DNA of 64,000 nt from a virus (IMGVR_UViG_3300014913_001094:27454-91453), one strand, 5' to 3'. Shown: positions 42,879 through 53,084, counted from the first letter of the stretch. Numbers and translations are program-made. Notes: generated by a model from the letters alone, not told the origin.

Positions 42879-43625
42879 ATGGTCGCACCAAGGTTAATTA
42901 ATATTACTCCAGGTTCAGGTTCAGGTTTATATACTGGTGGTGATATAGTTACAATTACTGGATATGACATTGATGCAGGCGCTACGGTAGATGTGAGACC
43001 GTTCCTAACCCAATCAGTCACAGCAGCAGCAGTAACAAAGTATGTTTCGTTTCCAAATGGCATCCAACATATATCTGTAGCCATGCCAGCAGTCTCGTTG
43101 CTCCCAATTACAACACCTGCTCCGCCAACCCCCTTCATGGGCAGTGTTGCAAAAGATACAGCACTATCAGCTACTCTACGAGTAACTAATCCACCGTATG
43201 GTGAATCTACAGAATTACTTTGGAGCTATGATTATAGATTTATTGCTCTTGTGGCTCCACCAGTTGGCAATACTACGTTTGAAGTTGAGAGTGTAGGAGT
43301 TGCTCCTGCAGTAATCAAGCAGACTTATGAATTTGTTGCTGACGCTTCTGGAGACGTTATCTTCCCAACAGCAGCAGGTGGAACTATAGGAAAAGTTATA
43401 CTAGAGTCAGATACAGCAACTGCAACATGGGTAGTAATCTATGAAGATGAAGCAGGGATTGATGCATTCCACGGAGCACCTGCTGGACCAGCTCCAGGAG
43501 CAGATGTTGAGTTTATTCCAGTCATCGGAACATTGCCAGTAGTTGTAGCAGATAAGTTCTCACTAAAAATTACAGGTGCAGGAGCAGGCGGTACTGGTAG
43601 AGTCCATGTTTACTTGACAAGGTAG
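42879..43625 (+). CDS. IPT/TIG-like Ig-domain protein
   Basis: PRLINITPGSG..GGDIVTITG..V.VTNP.GES pattern; strong RBS AAGGAGG. Confidence 0.7.
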   Translation: MVAPRLINITPGSGSGLYTGGDIVTITGYDIDAGATVDVRPFLTQSVTAAAVTKYVSFPNGIQHISVAMPAVSLLPITTPAPPTPFMGSVAKDTALSATLRVTNPPYGESTELLWSYDYRFIALVAPPVGNTTFEVESVGVAPAVIKQTYEFVADASGDVIFPTAAGGTIGKVILESDTATATWVVIYEDEAGIDAFHGAPAGPAPGADVEFIPVIGTLPVVVADKFSLKITGAGAGGTGRVHVYLTR

Positions 43626-43636
43626 ATGGTGACATA

Positions 43637-43927
43637 ATGAAGATTGATGATCTAGTTAAAATAATTAAAATAGCTGACAAAGTAGATCAAAAAGGCCAAC
43701 GTAAAATAGCAGTAGAATTAGATAACATTGTAAATAGTATATTGAAGACCAGCAAATGTGAGTGTGATCCAAACACACTTCAACCATTTGGGACATTTCA
43801 AGGCCGCGTTATGTATTATTGTTATAAGTGTGAAGAAGAGGTTCTAGAGCAACCATGGTCTTCTCAAACGCCATATCCTCAAGATAATGGATTACCTTCA
43901 AGACAAATTATGGACGGCTCTAATTAA
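43637..43927 (+). CDS. Hypothetical protein with N-terminal helical hairpin and Cys cluster
   Basis: LVKIIKIADKVDQKG..IAVELD; CxC..YCYKC. Confidence 0.6.
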   Translation: MKIDDLVKIIKIADKVDQKGQRKIAVELDNIVNSILKTSKCECDPNTLQPFGTFQGRVMYYCYKCEEEVLEQPWSSQTPYPQDNGLPSRQIMDGSN

Positions 43928-43934
43928 AAATCGA

Positions 43935-43955
43935 AAATGTATCGATATAATATAC
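43935..43955 (+). promoter_or_regulatory. Putative class B promoter upstream of a candidate sRNA
   Basis: AAATGTATCGATATAAT. Confidence 0.4.
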
Positions 43956-43960
43956 TTACT

Positions 43961-44034
43961 ATGAGTAGTTCTAAATAGGCTACTTATCCTCTACTATCCC
44001 TAATGGATCCACATTCGTGTGGGTCCATTTTTTT
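43961..44034 (+). ncRNA. Candidate small RNA (hairpin - CU-rich linker - terminator)
   Basis: Stem ATGAGTAGTT/GGCTACTTAT, linker CCTCTACTATCCCT, terminator hairpin; downstream of a promoter-like motif. Confidence 0.35.
44002..44034 (+). terminator. Intrinsic terminator
   Basis: AATGGATCCACA-TTCG-TGTGGGTCCATT stem (one G-U pair) plus a T run. Confidence 0.85.
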
Positions 44035-44061
44035 ATGATAAACCACTCGTAGCCTCTCTCT

Positions 44062-44075
44062 AAATCTATTGATAT
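44062..44075 (+). promoter_or_regulatory. Putative class B promoter of the glycosylation operon
   Basis: AAATCTATTGATAT has one mismatch to the 7588 core and lies between a terminator and the first GT gene. Confidence 0.5.
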
Positions 44076-44130
44076 ATATCGACATATATAGAGCAATACT
44101 GTAGAAACGCAAGAGAAAGGCTCGAGACAA

Positions 44131-44889
44131 ATGACAAAGCTTATAGCATGTATGCCCGTGCGTAATGAGCAGTGGATCCTTAGCAAAACGCTCACTGATC
44201 TTTCTACCTATGTAGATGAGATTGTGATTGTTGACGACGGATCTACGGACGATACTCCCGAAATAATTCGTAGCTTTCCCAAGGTTACGAAGATTCATAC
44301 TAACCCTCCTGGGACCAAGCCTTTCGGTAACGGACAAGAGTCTGACAACCGCAATAAAACCCTCCAAATGGCTCGTGAACGTAACGCTGACTGGGTTCTC
44401 CAGATTGACGCAGATGAAAGATTCGAGCCGCGATTCAAAGATGAAATCCATAATTTGATTGACCGAGGATGTAGTACCAAATTTAGGGTACTCCATTTCT
44501 GGGAAGATACTAGCCAATTTCGAGTAGATGGCGAGTGGGGCGGATTCTTTAGATACTGTCTATTTCGTCTCAAGCCTCGTATGCGATTCTCACCACAACA
44601 TATCATAGCTACACCCAAGGCTTTTGATCGTAAAAATCGATATAAATCTGATATTAAACTGTTGCATTACGGGTGGATTCATCCACAACAGCGTGAGAGA
44701 TCATTGCTTCGTTACTACGAAGTCTACAAGCTGAAATACCCGGAAAAAACAGTGTCTTTTGAGCAATTTAAAGTGAGTACTGAGATGCAAACAGACCTGC
44801 GAATTGTTAAGCAAGATGCTGAGAATTTAACAACAATTCCGTGGGAGCAAGAAATGGGAGATCTTGATCGGAAAGATTATATATTATGA
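44131..44889 (+). CDS. GT2 glycosyltransferase
   Basis: MPVRNE, IVDDGSTDDT, WVLQIDADE, LLHYGW. Confidence 0.9.
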   Translation: MTKLIACMPVRNEQWILSKTLTDLSTYVDEIVIVDDGSTDDTPEIIRSFPKVTKIHTNPPGTKPFGNGQESDNRNKTLQMARERNADWVLQIDADERFEPRFKDEIHNLIDRGCSTKFRVLHFWEDTSQFRVDGEWGGFFRYCLFRLKPRMRFSPQHIIATPKAFDRKNRYKSDIKLLHYGWIHPQQRERSLLRYYEVYKLKYPEKTVSFEQFKVSTEMQTDLRIVKQDAENLTTIPWEQEMGDLDRKDYIL

Positions 44890-46022
44890 GAATTGGATTC
44901 TTTAACATTAGATATCCCAAGGGAATAGGTATATTGTGTGAGGACTTTGCTCGTTTAATAGAATCCAAGGGACATGAGGTATATTTTCTTACCTATCCTT
45001 TAAGTCGTAGACGTCCAGCTCTAATTAGTGACGAGTGGGCAAGAGATAATGTAACAATTATTGAGACATTCGAGCGCAATGCTGTTAAAGTAGATGATGC
45101 TACTGTAAGAGGATGGATTGAGGACAACCAACTAGATGTAGTTTTTACAGCCGAACAGCCTAATAATCTTAACGTATTTCCAATTGCTAAAAAGCTAGGT
45201 GTCTCAACAATCAATTATATTGATATTGAGATGTTTGACCCAACAATTGAGCAATATAAAGATTGTGATATTTTCTTTTGTCCAACTCAACAAGGATATA
45301 ATATACTCAAGGGTTATGAATTTCATAACCTAATGTCATTAAAGTACCATGCAAATGCAAATCAGTATCCATGGTCCTTGAGAAAAGCAGAAGATAAGGT
45401 AGAGTTTGTAATACATGCCGGTTGGGGAGGACAAAATGGTCGCAAAGGAGTTGGTCCAACAATAAGAGCCTTCGCAAAAGCAACGATAAGAGCCTCTGTA
45501 AAAGTAAATCCTTCAAATGCTACATTAACAATTATTACACAAAAGAAATGGAGGACATACGAAGAAGAGTTTAAGAAAATAGTCAGTGAATATTCAAATA
45601 TTTTAATTAAAGAAGTCAACGATACTCAAAATGTATATAATAGCGCTGCCTACGAAGAGGGACATGTAGTAATCCAACCAAGTATGTGGGAGGGATTAGG
45701 ATTAACTTACATCGAAGCAATGATGTCAGGTATACCAGTGATTTCATGCGATGGTCCTCCAATGAATGAATTTATAACACACGGACAAACAGGACTACTA
45801 GTTCCATGTAAAGAGATAGCAGGTAGTGCAATTAAAAAGGGACTACGAGTTCCAGCATTTATTGTAGATGAAGATAGGCTTGCCGAAGCAATTATGCAAT
45901 TTGCAGACAATCCTAAGTTGGTGGAGCAGATGTCTCACAATACTAAGCAAGTATGGGATGGTTATCAAGGATATTGTCAAGGATTTGAAGAAATGTTTGT
46001 TAGGATAGGAAAGCCACTATAA
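44886..46022 (+). CDS. GT4 glycosyltransferase
   Basis: RKG, QPSMWEGLGLTYIEAMMSGIPVI..PMNE. Confidence 0.9.
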   Translation: MRIGFFNIRYPKGIGILCEDFARLIESKGHEVYFLTYPLSRRRPALISDEWARDNVTIIETFERNAVKVDDATVRGWIEDNQLDVVFTAEQPNNLNVFPIAKKLGVSTINYIDIEMFDPTIEQYKDCDIFFCPTQQGYNILKGYEFHNLMSLKYHANANQYPWSLRKAEDKVEFVIHAGWGGQNGRKGVGPTIRAFAKATIRASVKVNPSNATLTIITQKKWRTYEEEFKKIVSEYSNILIKEVNDTQNVYNSAAYEEGHVVIQPSMWEGLGLTYIEAMMSGIPVISCDGPPMNEFITHGQTGLLVPCKEIAGSAIKKGLRVPAFIVDEDRLAEAIMQFADNPKLVEQMSHNTKQVWDGYQGYCQGFEEMFVRIGKPL

Positions 46023-46858
46023 TGGACCGTTTAAGTATTCTCATTGTCAATCATAATAGGGTTCGATATCTCAAAGCAGCTCTAAAGAGTATTATGTTGA
46101 ATACTGTCACTCCATATGAGCTGTTAATCTATGACAATAAATCTGGTAGACCAGATGTACGATTTCTTCAGAGATTTGAGCGAGAAGCACAAGTACCTGT
46201 AAAGGTGTGGTATGGTCAGAAAAATATAGGAGTATGGCAAGCGTCTAATATTCTAATCTCCAATGCGAGCAGCAGAGAAACTCTTGGCTTTATTAAGTGC
46301 GATAATGATATCATCGTTAAGACAATAGGGTGGGATAAAAAATGGATGCAAGTTGCAGAAGATATTCCTGAAATTGGAATTATAGGAGCAAATGCAGAAG
46401 AGATATCAGTCCGCAACAGTCATATGACTGCTATGAGTCAAAAGGGACATGAGTTACTTGTCAATCATGACTATGGAACAGGTGTTTGTGTCTACTGGCC
46501 AGCAAGGACTTTTAAGGCTCTGGGTTATTATGAGGAGCAATTCGGAAAGATGGGACATTGCGACAAGAGCATAGAAGTTAGATGCAGAGCTATAGGTCAG
46601 AAGTTTGTTTACGACAGAAACGTAACAGTTGCTCGTCAGAAGCCAGGACGAAAAGATAAGTACGGTGGATATCGTAGATGGAAGAATAGATATGTTAAAA
46701 ACAATAGACCTGTTTATGAAATGTTTAAAGGGCAATATTTAGATGGAACAAGATCGCCAGCAATCTGGTATGAAAAATTTAAAGATACAGCACCAGAAGG
46801 TGTTGATTTTACCAAGGAAGAGCCGCTTGTAGACTGGGAAAGTGGTTTACCCAAATGA
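46022..46858 (+). CDS. GT2 glycosyltransferase (paralog of 47367)
   Basis: SILIVNHNR, IYDNKS, NIG, KCDND, LGYYEE..GH.D. Confidence 0.85.
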   Translation: MDRLSILIVNHNRVRYLKAALKSIMLNTVTPYELLIYDNKSGRPDVRFLQRFEREAQVPVKVWYGQKNIGVWQASNILISNASSRETLGFIKCDNDIIVKTIGWDKKWMQVAEDIPEIGIIGANAEEISVRNSHMTAMSQKGHELLVNHDYGTGVCVYWPARTFKALGYYEEQFGKMGHCDKSIEVRCRAIGQKFVYDRNVTVARQKPGRKDKYGGYRRWKNRYVKNNRPVYEMFKGQYLDGTRSPAIWYEKFKDTAPEGVDFTKEEPLVDWESGLPK

Positions 46859-47370
46859 AAAAAGAATGCAAAAATTGTAATAAGATACGAGAGCACAAAG
46901 GATTAGGGTTATGTGCATCTTGCTACAGGAAGCATTACTTTACTCGGCCTGGAAAACGACAAGAAAGAAGTAAGACCAACAAGAAAAGTCGTGAGAAGTG
47001 CAAGATAGAATGTGTGGAATGCGGGAATGTTCGCTCACATATAGCACAAGGACTGTGTAGTAATTGTTATAATAAGGGGTTATATATGCGACAACCAACG
47101 AAGAGAATGAAATCAATAAGGTCCAGTCTATATGGGAAGAAGGCTACAGCAGCCTTTTATGAGGCTGTAGAGGCGCAAGGTAGCAAATGTCTTATTTGTG
47201 AGGAGACAAAAGATCTAGTACTGGATCATGACCACGAGACTGGTATATTTCGTGGTGCCATATGTCACAAATGTAATGTAGGCTTGGGTATGTTGAATGA
47301 TGATGTAGATATACTGCAGAGAGCACTTAATTATCTCAAAGGATCTTTAGGAAAGGTTACTCTGAAATGA
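46855..47370 (+). CDS. Endonuclease VII-family homing-type endonuclease
   Basis: CLIC..LVLDHDHETG.FRGAICHKCNVGLG..NDD; two N-terminal CxxC..H...GLCxxCY repeats. Confidence 0.9.
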   Translation: MKKECKNCNKIREHKGLGLCASCYRKHYFTRPGKRQERSKTNKKSREKCKIECVECGNVRSHIAQGLCSNCYNKGLYMRQPTKRMKSIRSSLYGKKATAAFYEAVEAQGSKCLICEETKDLVLDHDHETGIFRGAICHKCNVGLGMLNDDVDILQRALNYLKGSLGKVTLK

Positions 47371-48275
47371 ATGTTCAGAAAATTAGCATTCTAATAGTTA
47401 ATTATAATCGTTTAGATTATCTCAAAGGTACTATAGCATCTATTAGAGAACATACAGAATGGCCATTTCATCTTTATATCTGGGATAATGACTCTACAGA
47501 AGAAGGTGTTAAAGATTATCTTGATAAGATTGATCAAAAAGATGATGTTACAGTCTTTCATAGTCCAAAAAATGTTGGAATTTGGAAAGCGTCAAATGAG
47601 TTGATTAGTCGAGCAGCTAATGTTGAGACATTAGGCTTTATTAAGATGGATAATGATTGTATTATAAAGACTCAAGGATGGGCTCGTAAGTGGATTGAAT
47701 GTTGTAATGTTAATAAAGAAGTTGGAATGATCGGTGCGAATATCGAGGGCAAAAAGTCTCGTAGTGCCGATATTGATCCTCTAACTTTAAAAGGTCATAA
47801 AGTATTCTCTCTAACACGAGAAGGAACTGGCGGAGCAGTATATGTTCCAGGTAGAACATTCTGTAGCCTAGGGTTCTACAATGAGGAATATGGAAGATAT
47901 GGCCATGCCGATAAAGATTATGCTCGTCGAGTATTTTGTATGGGACGAAAGTTTGTATATCACTGTGACGTAGAAGTCGATCGCTTTGCAGTAAACAATG
48001 ATGACAATGTAGGTGGCTACAGAGAGCACAAGAACATGTATCTTCGTCGTAACCGTAGACTATATGTTCTTAATAGATATAAATATCAAAGAAAAATAAG
48101 ACCCCTAGCTATTTGGTATAGAAAGTTTCAGAAATCGATACCAAAGAGCGTTCGTAGAGATCCAATGTTTGCCTGGACCGAAACAAACTCAGTTGTTCAC
48201 TGGGATACAGGAAAAGTGTCACAATACATTAGGGATGAAATTGAAAAATACAAGCTTGAAAAGATTAAGAGATAA
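47367..48275 (+). CDS. GT2 glycosyltransferase (paralog of 46022)
   Basis: SILIVNYNR, IWDNDS, NVG, KMDND, LGFYNEEYG.YGHAD. Confidence 0.85.
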   Translation: MNVQKISILIVNYNRLDYLKGTIASIREHTEWPFHLYIWDNDSTEEGVKDYLDKIDQKDDVTVFHSPKNVGIWKASNELISRAANVETLGFIKMDNDCIIKTQGWARKWIECCNVNKEVGMIGANIEGKKSRSADIDPLTLKGHKVFSLTREGTGGAVYVPGRTFCSLGFYNEEYGRYGHADKDYARRVFCMGRKFVYHCDVEVDRFAVNNDDNVGGYREHKNMYLRRNRRLYVLNRYKYQRKIRPLAIWYRKFQKSIPKSVRRDPMFAWTETNSVVHWDTGKVSQYIRDEIEKYKLEKIKR

Positions 48276-49111
48276 TGACTCTAATTTCTGTAATTATTCC
48301 TACCTTTAATAAGTCTCCTCTTGTGTGTGATACGGTAAGAAATCTCCACTCACAAACTCTACAAGACTTTGAAGTAATAGTAGTAGACGACGGCTCAGCT
48401 GATGATACTGTTAAGCAGATGAAGAAGATGCGCAAAGAAGAGCGTCATTTAAAAATTAAAATATTTCAAACAGGAATGTCGGATCAATTTGGAATGTGTC
48501 ATGCTATAAACATGGGATTGAAAAATGCCAGTGGACCTATATCGCTGTTGCTGAATGATGATATTTATTTACATTCTACATGTCTCGAGCAGCATGCGCT
48601 AGCTCACAAACGTATTCGTTCTCGACATGCATTTATAGGTCCACGCTTTAAAAGTCCTCCTTATCAAAGAGGACAATTGTATATTGATAAAGATACGCAG
48701 AGACAGCAGAATCGGCGATACATAGATCGCAGTCAGCCTAAAAAATATGGCTATGGGGCATATCGAAAGAAGATGATGGTGTCGAGCAATTTTTCCATTA
48801 GTACTGATAAGTTGTGTAAAATTGGAGGATACAACCCCTATTTTACACAATACACAGGAGCAATAGATCGTGATGTATATAATAGAATGGTAGATCATAG
48901 AATTGGAACATTCTTTCTTTTTCAAGCTCAAGCATATTCTGTTAATTATGAAAATGATTTATTAAAGCAAACGATGTGGTTAAAAGATACAGAGTTTAGA
49001 GATGGACTTGGAGTAGTTGATTGGAAGCGTCAACAAATGCGCTATACAATTCGTCGAGAACGGAAAGCAAGAAAATATCCACCAGATCCTATCATTAGGA
49101 GGAGAAAATAA
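48275..49111 (+). CDS. GT2 glycosyltransferase
   Basis: ISVIIPTFN, EVIVVDDGS.D, LLNDD, IGGYN. Confidence 0.9.
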   Translation: MTLISVIIPTFNKSPLVCDTVRNLHSQTLQDFEVIVVDDGSADDTVKQMKKMRKEERHLKIKIFQTGMSDQFGMCHAINMGLKNASGPISLLLNDDIYLHSTCLEQHALAHKRIRSRHAFIGPRFKSPPYQRGQLYIDKDTQRQQNRRYIDRSQPKKYGYGAYRKKMMVSSNFSISTDKLCKIGGYNPYFTQYTGAIDRDVYNRMVDHRIGTFFLFQAQAYSVNYENDLLKQTMWLKDTEFRDGLGVVDWKRQQMRYTIRRERKARKYPPDPIIRRRK

Positions 49112-50190
49112 TGAAACGCAAACCTCGAATTATGTCAATGATTGATGCTATTAGCGGTGGCGGCGGCATGGTGGCATATAATATTATTAAAGAACTACCA
49201 CAATATGACCACGTAATAGTAACACCTGGCTTTATTAAATCATGGTCCATAGGTTTACCAAAGTTATTTGCTGATGAGCAAATCTCTGTTGATGTTATCA
49301 GTGCTGGACCAACTCATGCAAAGACAATGCATAAAATACTCAATCAAAAGGTGATGACCTATGATCCAGATATTATTGTTAATCACTGGTGGAAATCTGC
49401 ACAGATACAGAGACTAAATAAATTTGGTAGAACTCGTAAAGTATTTGGTCGTGCAAAGACAGTTCTTGTATCTCACAATAACGATCCATCTCCACCTGGA
49501 TATGATTATTATGTATCTGTATCAAAGCATAATGCGAAGTATCAAGTTTATGCAAATAAAGGGAAGCAGAAGTCAAACCATCAAGTTATTTATAATGGGA
49601 TAGATATTGACAGATTCTCAAGTATTCCTAAGAGGCCAAATAAAGATAAATTTGTAATCGGCCGGGTTAGTTCTTTAGTAAAGTTTAAGGTTCCTAGAGA
49701 TTGGATTAGGTTTGTTAATACATTTAATATTCCGAATCTTGAATGTATTATTGTTGGAGAAGGTGAGAGACGTAGACAATTTCAATATGATATTAATAAA
49801 TTAGGAGCTCAACATAAATTTAAGCTTCCAGGTGAAGTACCACAACTTGGTAATGAGCTTCCACAAGCGCTAGCAGGATTTGACATTCTCTGCTACGTCA
49901 CCGAAAAAACTGAGGCTTTTTCGCTTGCCATCTTAGAAGCAATGGCAGCTGGTATTCCTATTGTAACACAAAACGTGGGTGGAACGCCAGAGCAAGTAAT
50001 TCATGGTCAGACAGGCTTCTTGTGTAGTAGTAGAGCAGAAGTCAAGCAGTACTGTGAGTGGTTATATAATAATCCAAAACAATTATTAATTATGGGACAA
50101 AATGCTCGAAGAAGAGCTCAGGAGCAGTTTACACTTAAGAAAATGGCTGATCAATATGATGAGCTATTCCTGAGGTTACTCCATGAATAA
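49111..50190 (+). CDS. GT4 glycosyltransferase
   Basis: GGG, VIYNGID, IVGEG, EAFSLAILEAMAAGIPIV..VGG.PE. Confidence 0.92.
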   Translation: MKRKPRIMSMIDAISGGGGMVAYNIIKELPQYDHVIVTPGFIKSWSIGLPKLFADEQISVDVISAGPTHAKTMHKILNQKVMTYDPDIIVNHWWKSAQIQRLNKFGRTRKVFGRAKTVLVSHNNDPSPPGYDYYVSVSKHNAKYQVYANKGKQKSNHQVIYNGIDIDRFSSIPKRPNKDKFVIGRVSSLVKFKVPRDWIRFVNTFNIPNLECIIVGEGERRRQFQYDINKLGAQHKFKLPGEVPQLGNELPQALAGFDILCYVTEKTEAFSLAILEAMAAGIPIVTQNVGGTPEQVIHGQTGFLCSSRAEVKQYCEWLYNNPKQLLIMGQNARRRAQEQFTLKKMADQYDELFLRLLHE

Positions 50191-50917
50191 ATATAAAGTT
50201 TCTGTTGTTATGCCAGTATATAATTGTGTTTTGTTTCTGCATGAGGCAGTTGATGGTATCCTTAATCAAACATTTAAGGATTTTGAATTTGTCATTGTTG
50301 AAGATTGTTCGACTGATGGATCAAAAGAAATTATCAAAGACTATGCTGATAGATATGCAAACATCAAGGTTATATGGCACGAGGTCAACAAGGGCTTAAG
50401 TCGGTCTCTTAATGATGGTCTCGCTGCAGCGTCTGGAGATTTGATTGCAATACAGCATGGGGACGATGTAAGTTTACCACAGAGATTAGAAAAGCAGGTA
50501 GCTTATCTAAAAGAGAACGAAAATGTTCACTTACTAAGTACGTGGGTGAAGTTAATAGATGAACATAGCAAAGCTGCAAGAAGAGATAGTTGGTGGATCA
50601 AGCAAATCAAAGGTACAGCAGATAATCCCGAAGTACTCAAACAAAAGATGTTAGAGATGAATATTTTTGTTCACACGAGTGTAATGTTTCGAAGTTCAGT
50701 AATAGATTCTGTGGGTACATATGGTCTTGATATGGTACCGGCTGAGGATTTTGATCTTTGGTTACGTATTGCAGACAATCATGACTTAGGAATCTTAAGA
50801 GAAGTCCTTTGTTTATATCGTCATCATTCAAATCAAATATCAGGAACAGATTCGGGTAATTTGATGAAAGCAAAGGCAGCAATAGCTATCGAGAGAGCAA
50901 AAGAGAGAAGAAAGTAA
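50183..50917 (+). CDS. GT2 glycosyltransferase
   Basis: VSVVMPVYN, IVEDCSTDGS, N.GL..SLN.G, RLEKQ, AEDFDLWLR. Confidence 0.92.
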   Translation: MNKYKVSVVMPVYNCVLFLHEAVDGILNQTFKDFEFVIVEDCSTDGSKEIIKDYADRYANIKVIWHEVNKGLSRSLNDGLAAASGDLIAIQHGDDVSLPQRLEKQVAYLKENENVHLLSTWVKLIDEHSKAARRDSWWIKQIKGTADNPEVLKQKMLEMNIFVHTSVMFRSSVIDSVGTYGLDMVPAEDFDLWLRIADNHDLGILREVLCLYRHHSNQISGTDSGNLMKAKAAIAIERAKERRK

Positions 50918-50921
50918 AATA

Positions 50922-53084
50922 ATGGCCAAGGTTACAATTATTTTAGATAAACACAATATGGATTCAATCCAATCCATTAAAGATCAAGTCTATGAAGATT
51001 GGGAGCTCCTGATTGTTGATGAGATTGGCTCTAAGAGGAGTATGACTCCAGGAATTAAATATGTTAGAAATGTAAGCAATATCGTAAGTGAATTTGTTGT
51101 GTTCTTATGTAGTGGGGATATTTTACTTCCAAGTCATCTCTATTCCCTTGTTGAGCAGTTTGATGAAGATACCGATGTCACCTATGGTCAAGTAAAAGAG
51201 TTTAAGTATAAGAATCCTGAAAGGTTCTCTGTATATAAAAAGCTTCACACAAGATATAGTAGCAATGCTATGGTCCGCGTTAAGGCAATCAGTGTGTTTG
51301 CTCGAAAAGACCTAGACTTCAGTGGACTAAAGGCAAAAGCAATCAAGATTCCAGTATCGGAACGCTTTTATCCTCAAGAAATGATTGACAAGTGGGAAAA
51401 ACAAAGAACCTCAAGATACCGCCGCCAGATGAAAATATCAGTAATATTTGGGGTTCGTAATAGGTCGAGATATGCTAAGAGAGTTATTCGTTCCTTATTA
51501 GTACAAGATCTTCATAGAGACATGTATGACATTGTTATAGTAGATTTTGACAGTTCAGATGATCTTGGTAATTATGTTAGCCTCCTTAAGGCAAAAAATA
51601 TAACTTACATCAACATCCCAGAAGTTACCGTTTTTGATAGAGCAAAGGCATTTAATATAGGACTTAAGCAGTCGAGTGGCGAAATAGCTCTTTTTGTTGA
51701 GGCAGATTTACTGTTCCCCAAGTATTCGTTGAGAACACTCAAAGATCATTTTATTGACAATGAAAAGCAAGCTCTTTTGATTAAACAAAAAGATCTTGAA
51801 AAATTAGAAACAGCGGTTGTCATTGGCAAAACATATTCGGATTATGCTGAAATGTTAAAGACAATCAAAGCTAAAGAGGCCACCAGATTAGGATGTATCG
51901 CAGTAGAAAGAGAACATGTAGAGGCTATTGGAGGTTTTGATGAGGTGTTCACAGGAGAATCATACGAAGTAGAAGATTTTCTTACAAGGATAGAGAAGCA
52001 CGGAATCGAAAAGGTTGATTTTTCTAGTGTTGAGGTGCTTCATATGTGGCACAACGAACCAGTAGAAGAGAAAGATAAAGGATATCTTTGGGAGCTAGCT
52101 CAAAGAAATAAGACAGCCGAAAGTGCAGTTCGCAATATAGATAGAGAATGGGGGATATTAGTCAAGAAGCGTCCAAGTGTGATGTTTATGTTAAGTCCTC
52201 ATGTTTGGGAATCAGGAACAATTTTTAAATATGTTTCTCGTTTTCTCGAACCACACTACAATGTTACTATGTGTGGTTTACGAAGTGACATTAGAGGAAA
52301 GACAGCAAAGAGTCACGACATCATTTATTCAGTTGACTGGAGATATCCTACCAAATTTAGAGCCAATAGCTGCAGATTTGTAGTAGGAGTTCATGATTTT
52401 CATAGTTGGAATGAGGGTGCAGAGCACGATATTCCCAGAGATGATATTTTGAATAGATTGAAGCTGTTTGAAGCGGTAAGTGTTCCATGCAAAAAGCTTG
52501 GTGAAATCTTTGTTCAATATCATCCCAATACTTTCTATACGCCTTCTGCTGTTGATACAGAGTTTTTTAAGCCACTGAAAGAAAAACGTAGAGTCTCAAA
52601 AAAGTTCACTATTGGTTGGGTCGGAAGACCAGAAAAGAAACATACGATTGAAGGATTCCAGGAGCATATTAAACCAGTGTGTAATCAAATGTCTGGTGTT
52701 GAATTGTTTTCTGCACCTGGCGGAGAAGATATTAATGGACCCCTTCAAATGCTTGGATTTTATAATGCAATAGATGCCTTAGTGTTGTTTCCTGAAAACT
52801 CAGGTGATAATAAAACTATGCTTGAAGCAATGGCTTGTGGTATTCCTGTGATAACAACGAGAGTCGCTGATACTGATTCGATCATAGAAAATGGTACCAA
52901 TGGACTCATTGTTCCGCGTAATGAGCAAGACCTTGAAGATGCAATCAAAATGATGAGAGACAAAGATTCAATGAGGCTTAATATGGGCCGTGCAGCACGA
53001 GAATGTGTTATTAAAAATTGGGACTGGAGAGATATATCCTACTACTGGAAAAAACTCTTTGATTTTGTAATGGAGACTGAATAA
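50922..53084 (+). CDS. Multidomain glycosyltransferase (degenerate GT2 + GT2 + GT4)
   Basis: SIKDQVYEDWELLIVD; IVIVDFDSSD..IGGFDE..EDF..HMWH; IGWVG..LEAMACGIPVITT. Confidence 0.85.
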   Translation: MAKVTIILDKHNMDSIQSIKDQVYEDWELLIVDEIGSKRSMTPGIKYVRNVSNIVSEFVVFLCSGDILLPSHLYSLVEQFDEDTDVTYGQVKEFKYKNPERFSVYKKLHTRYSSNAMVRVKAISVFARKDLDFSGLKAKAIKIPVSERFYPQEMIDKWEKQRTSRYRRQMKISVIFGVRNRSRYAKRVIRSLLVQDLHRDMYDIVIVDFDSSDDLGNYVSLLKAKNITYINIPEVTVFDRAKAFNIGLKQSSGEIALFVEADLLFPKYSLRTLKDHFIDNEKQALLIKQKDLEKLETAVVIGKTYSDYAEMLKTIKAKEATRLGCIAVEREHVEAIGGFDEVFTGESYEVEDFLTRIEKHGIEKVDFSSVEVLHMWHNEPVEEKDKGYLWELAQRNKTAESAVRNIDREWGILVKKRPSVMFMLSPHVWESGTIFKYVSRFLEPHYNVTMCGLRSDIRGKTAKSHDIIYSVDWRYPTKFRANSCRFVVGVHDFHSWNEGAEHDIPRDDILNRLKLFEAVSVPCKKLGEIFVQYHPNTFYTPSAVDTEFFKPLKEKRRVSKKFTIGWVGRPEKKHTIEGFQEHIKPVCNQMSGVELFSAPGGEDINGPLQMLGFYNAIDALVLFPENSGDNKTMLEAMACGIPVITTRVADTDSIIENGTNGLIVPRNEQDLEDAIKMMRDKDSMRLNMGRAARECVIKNWDWRDISYYWKKLFDFVMETE

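Noticed and set aside
43984-44517. 177-aa minus-strand ORF
   Set aside because: Overlaps a clear GT2 gene and a terminator antisense, has no motif, and every credible gene is on the + strand.
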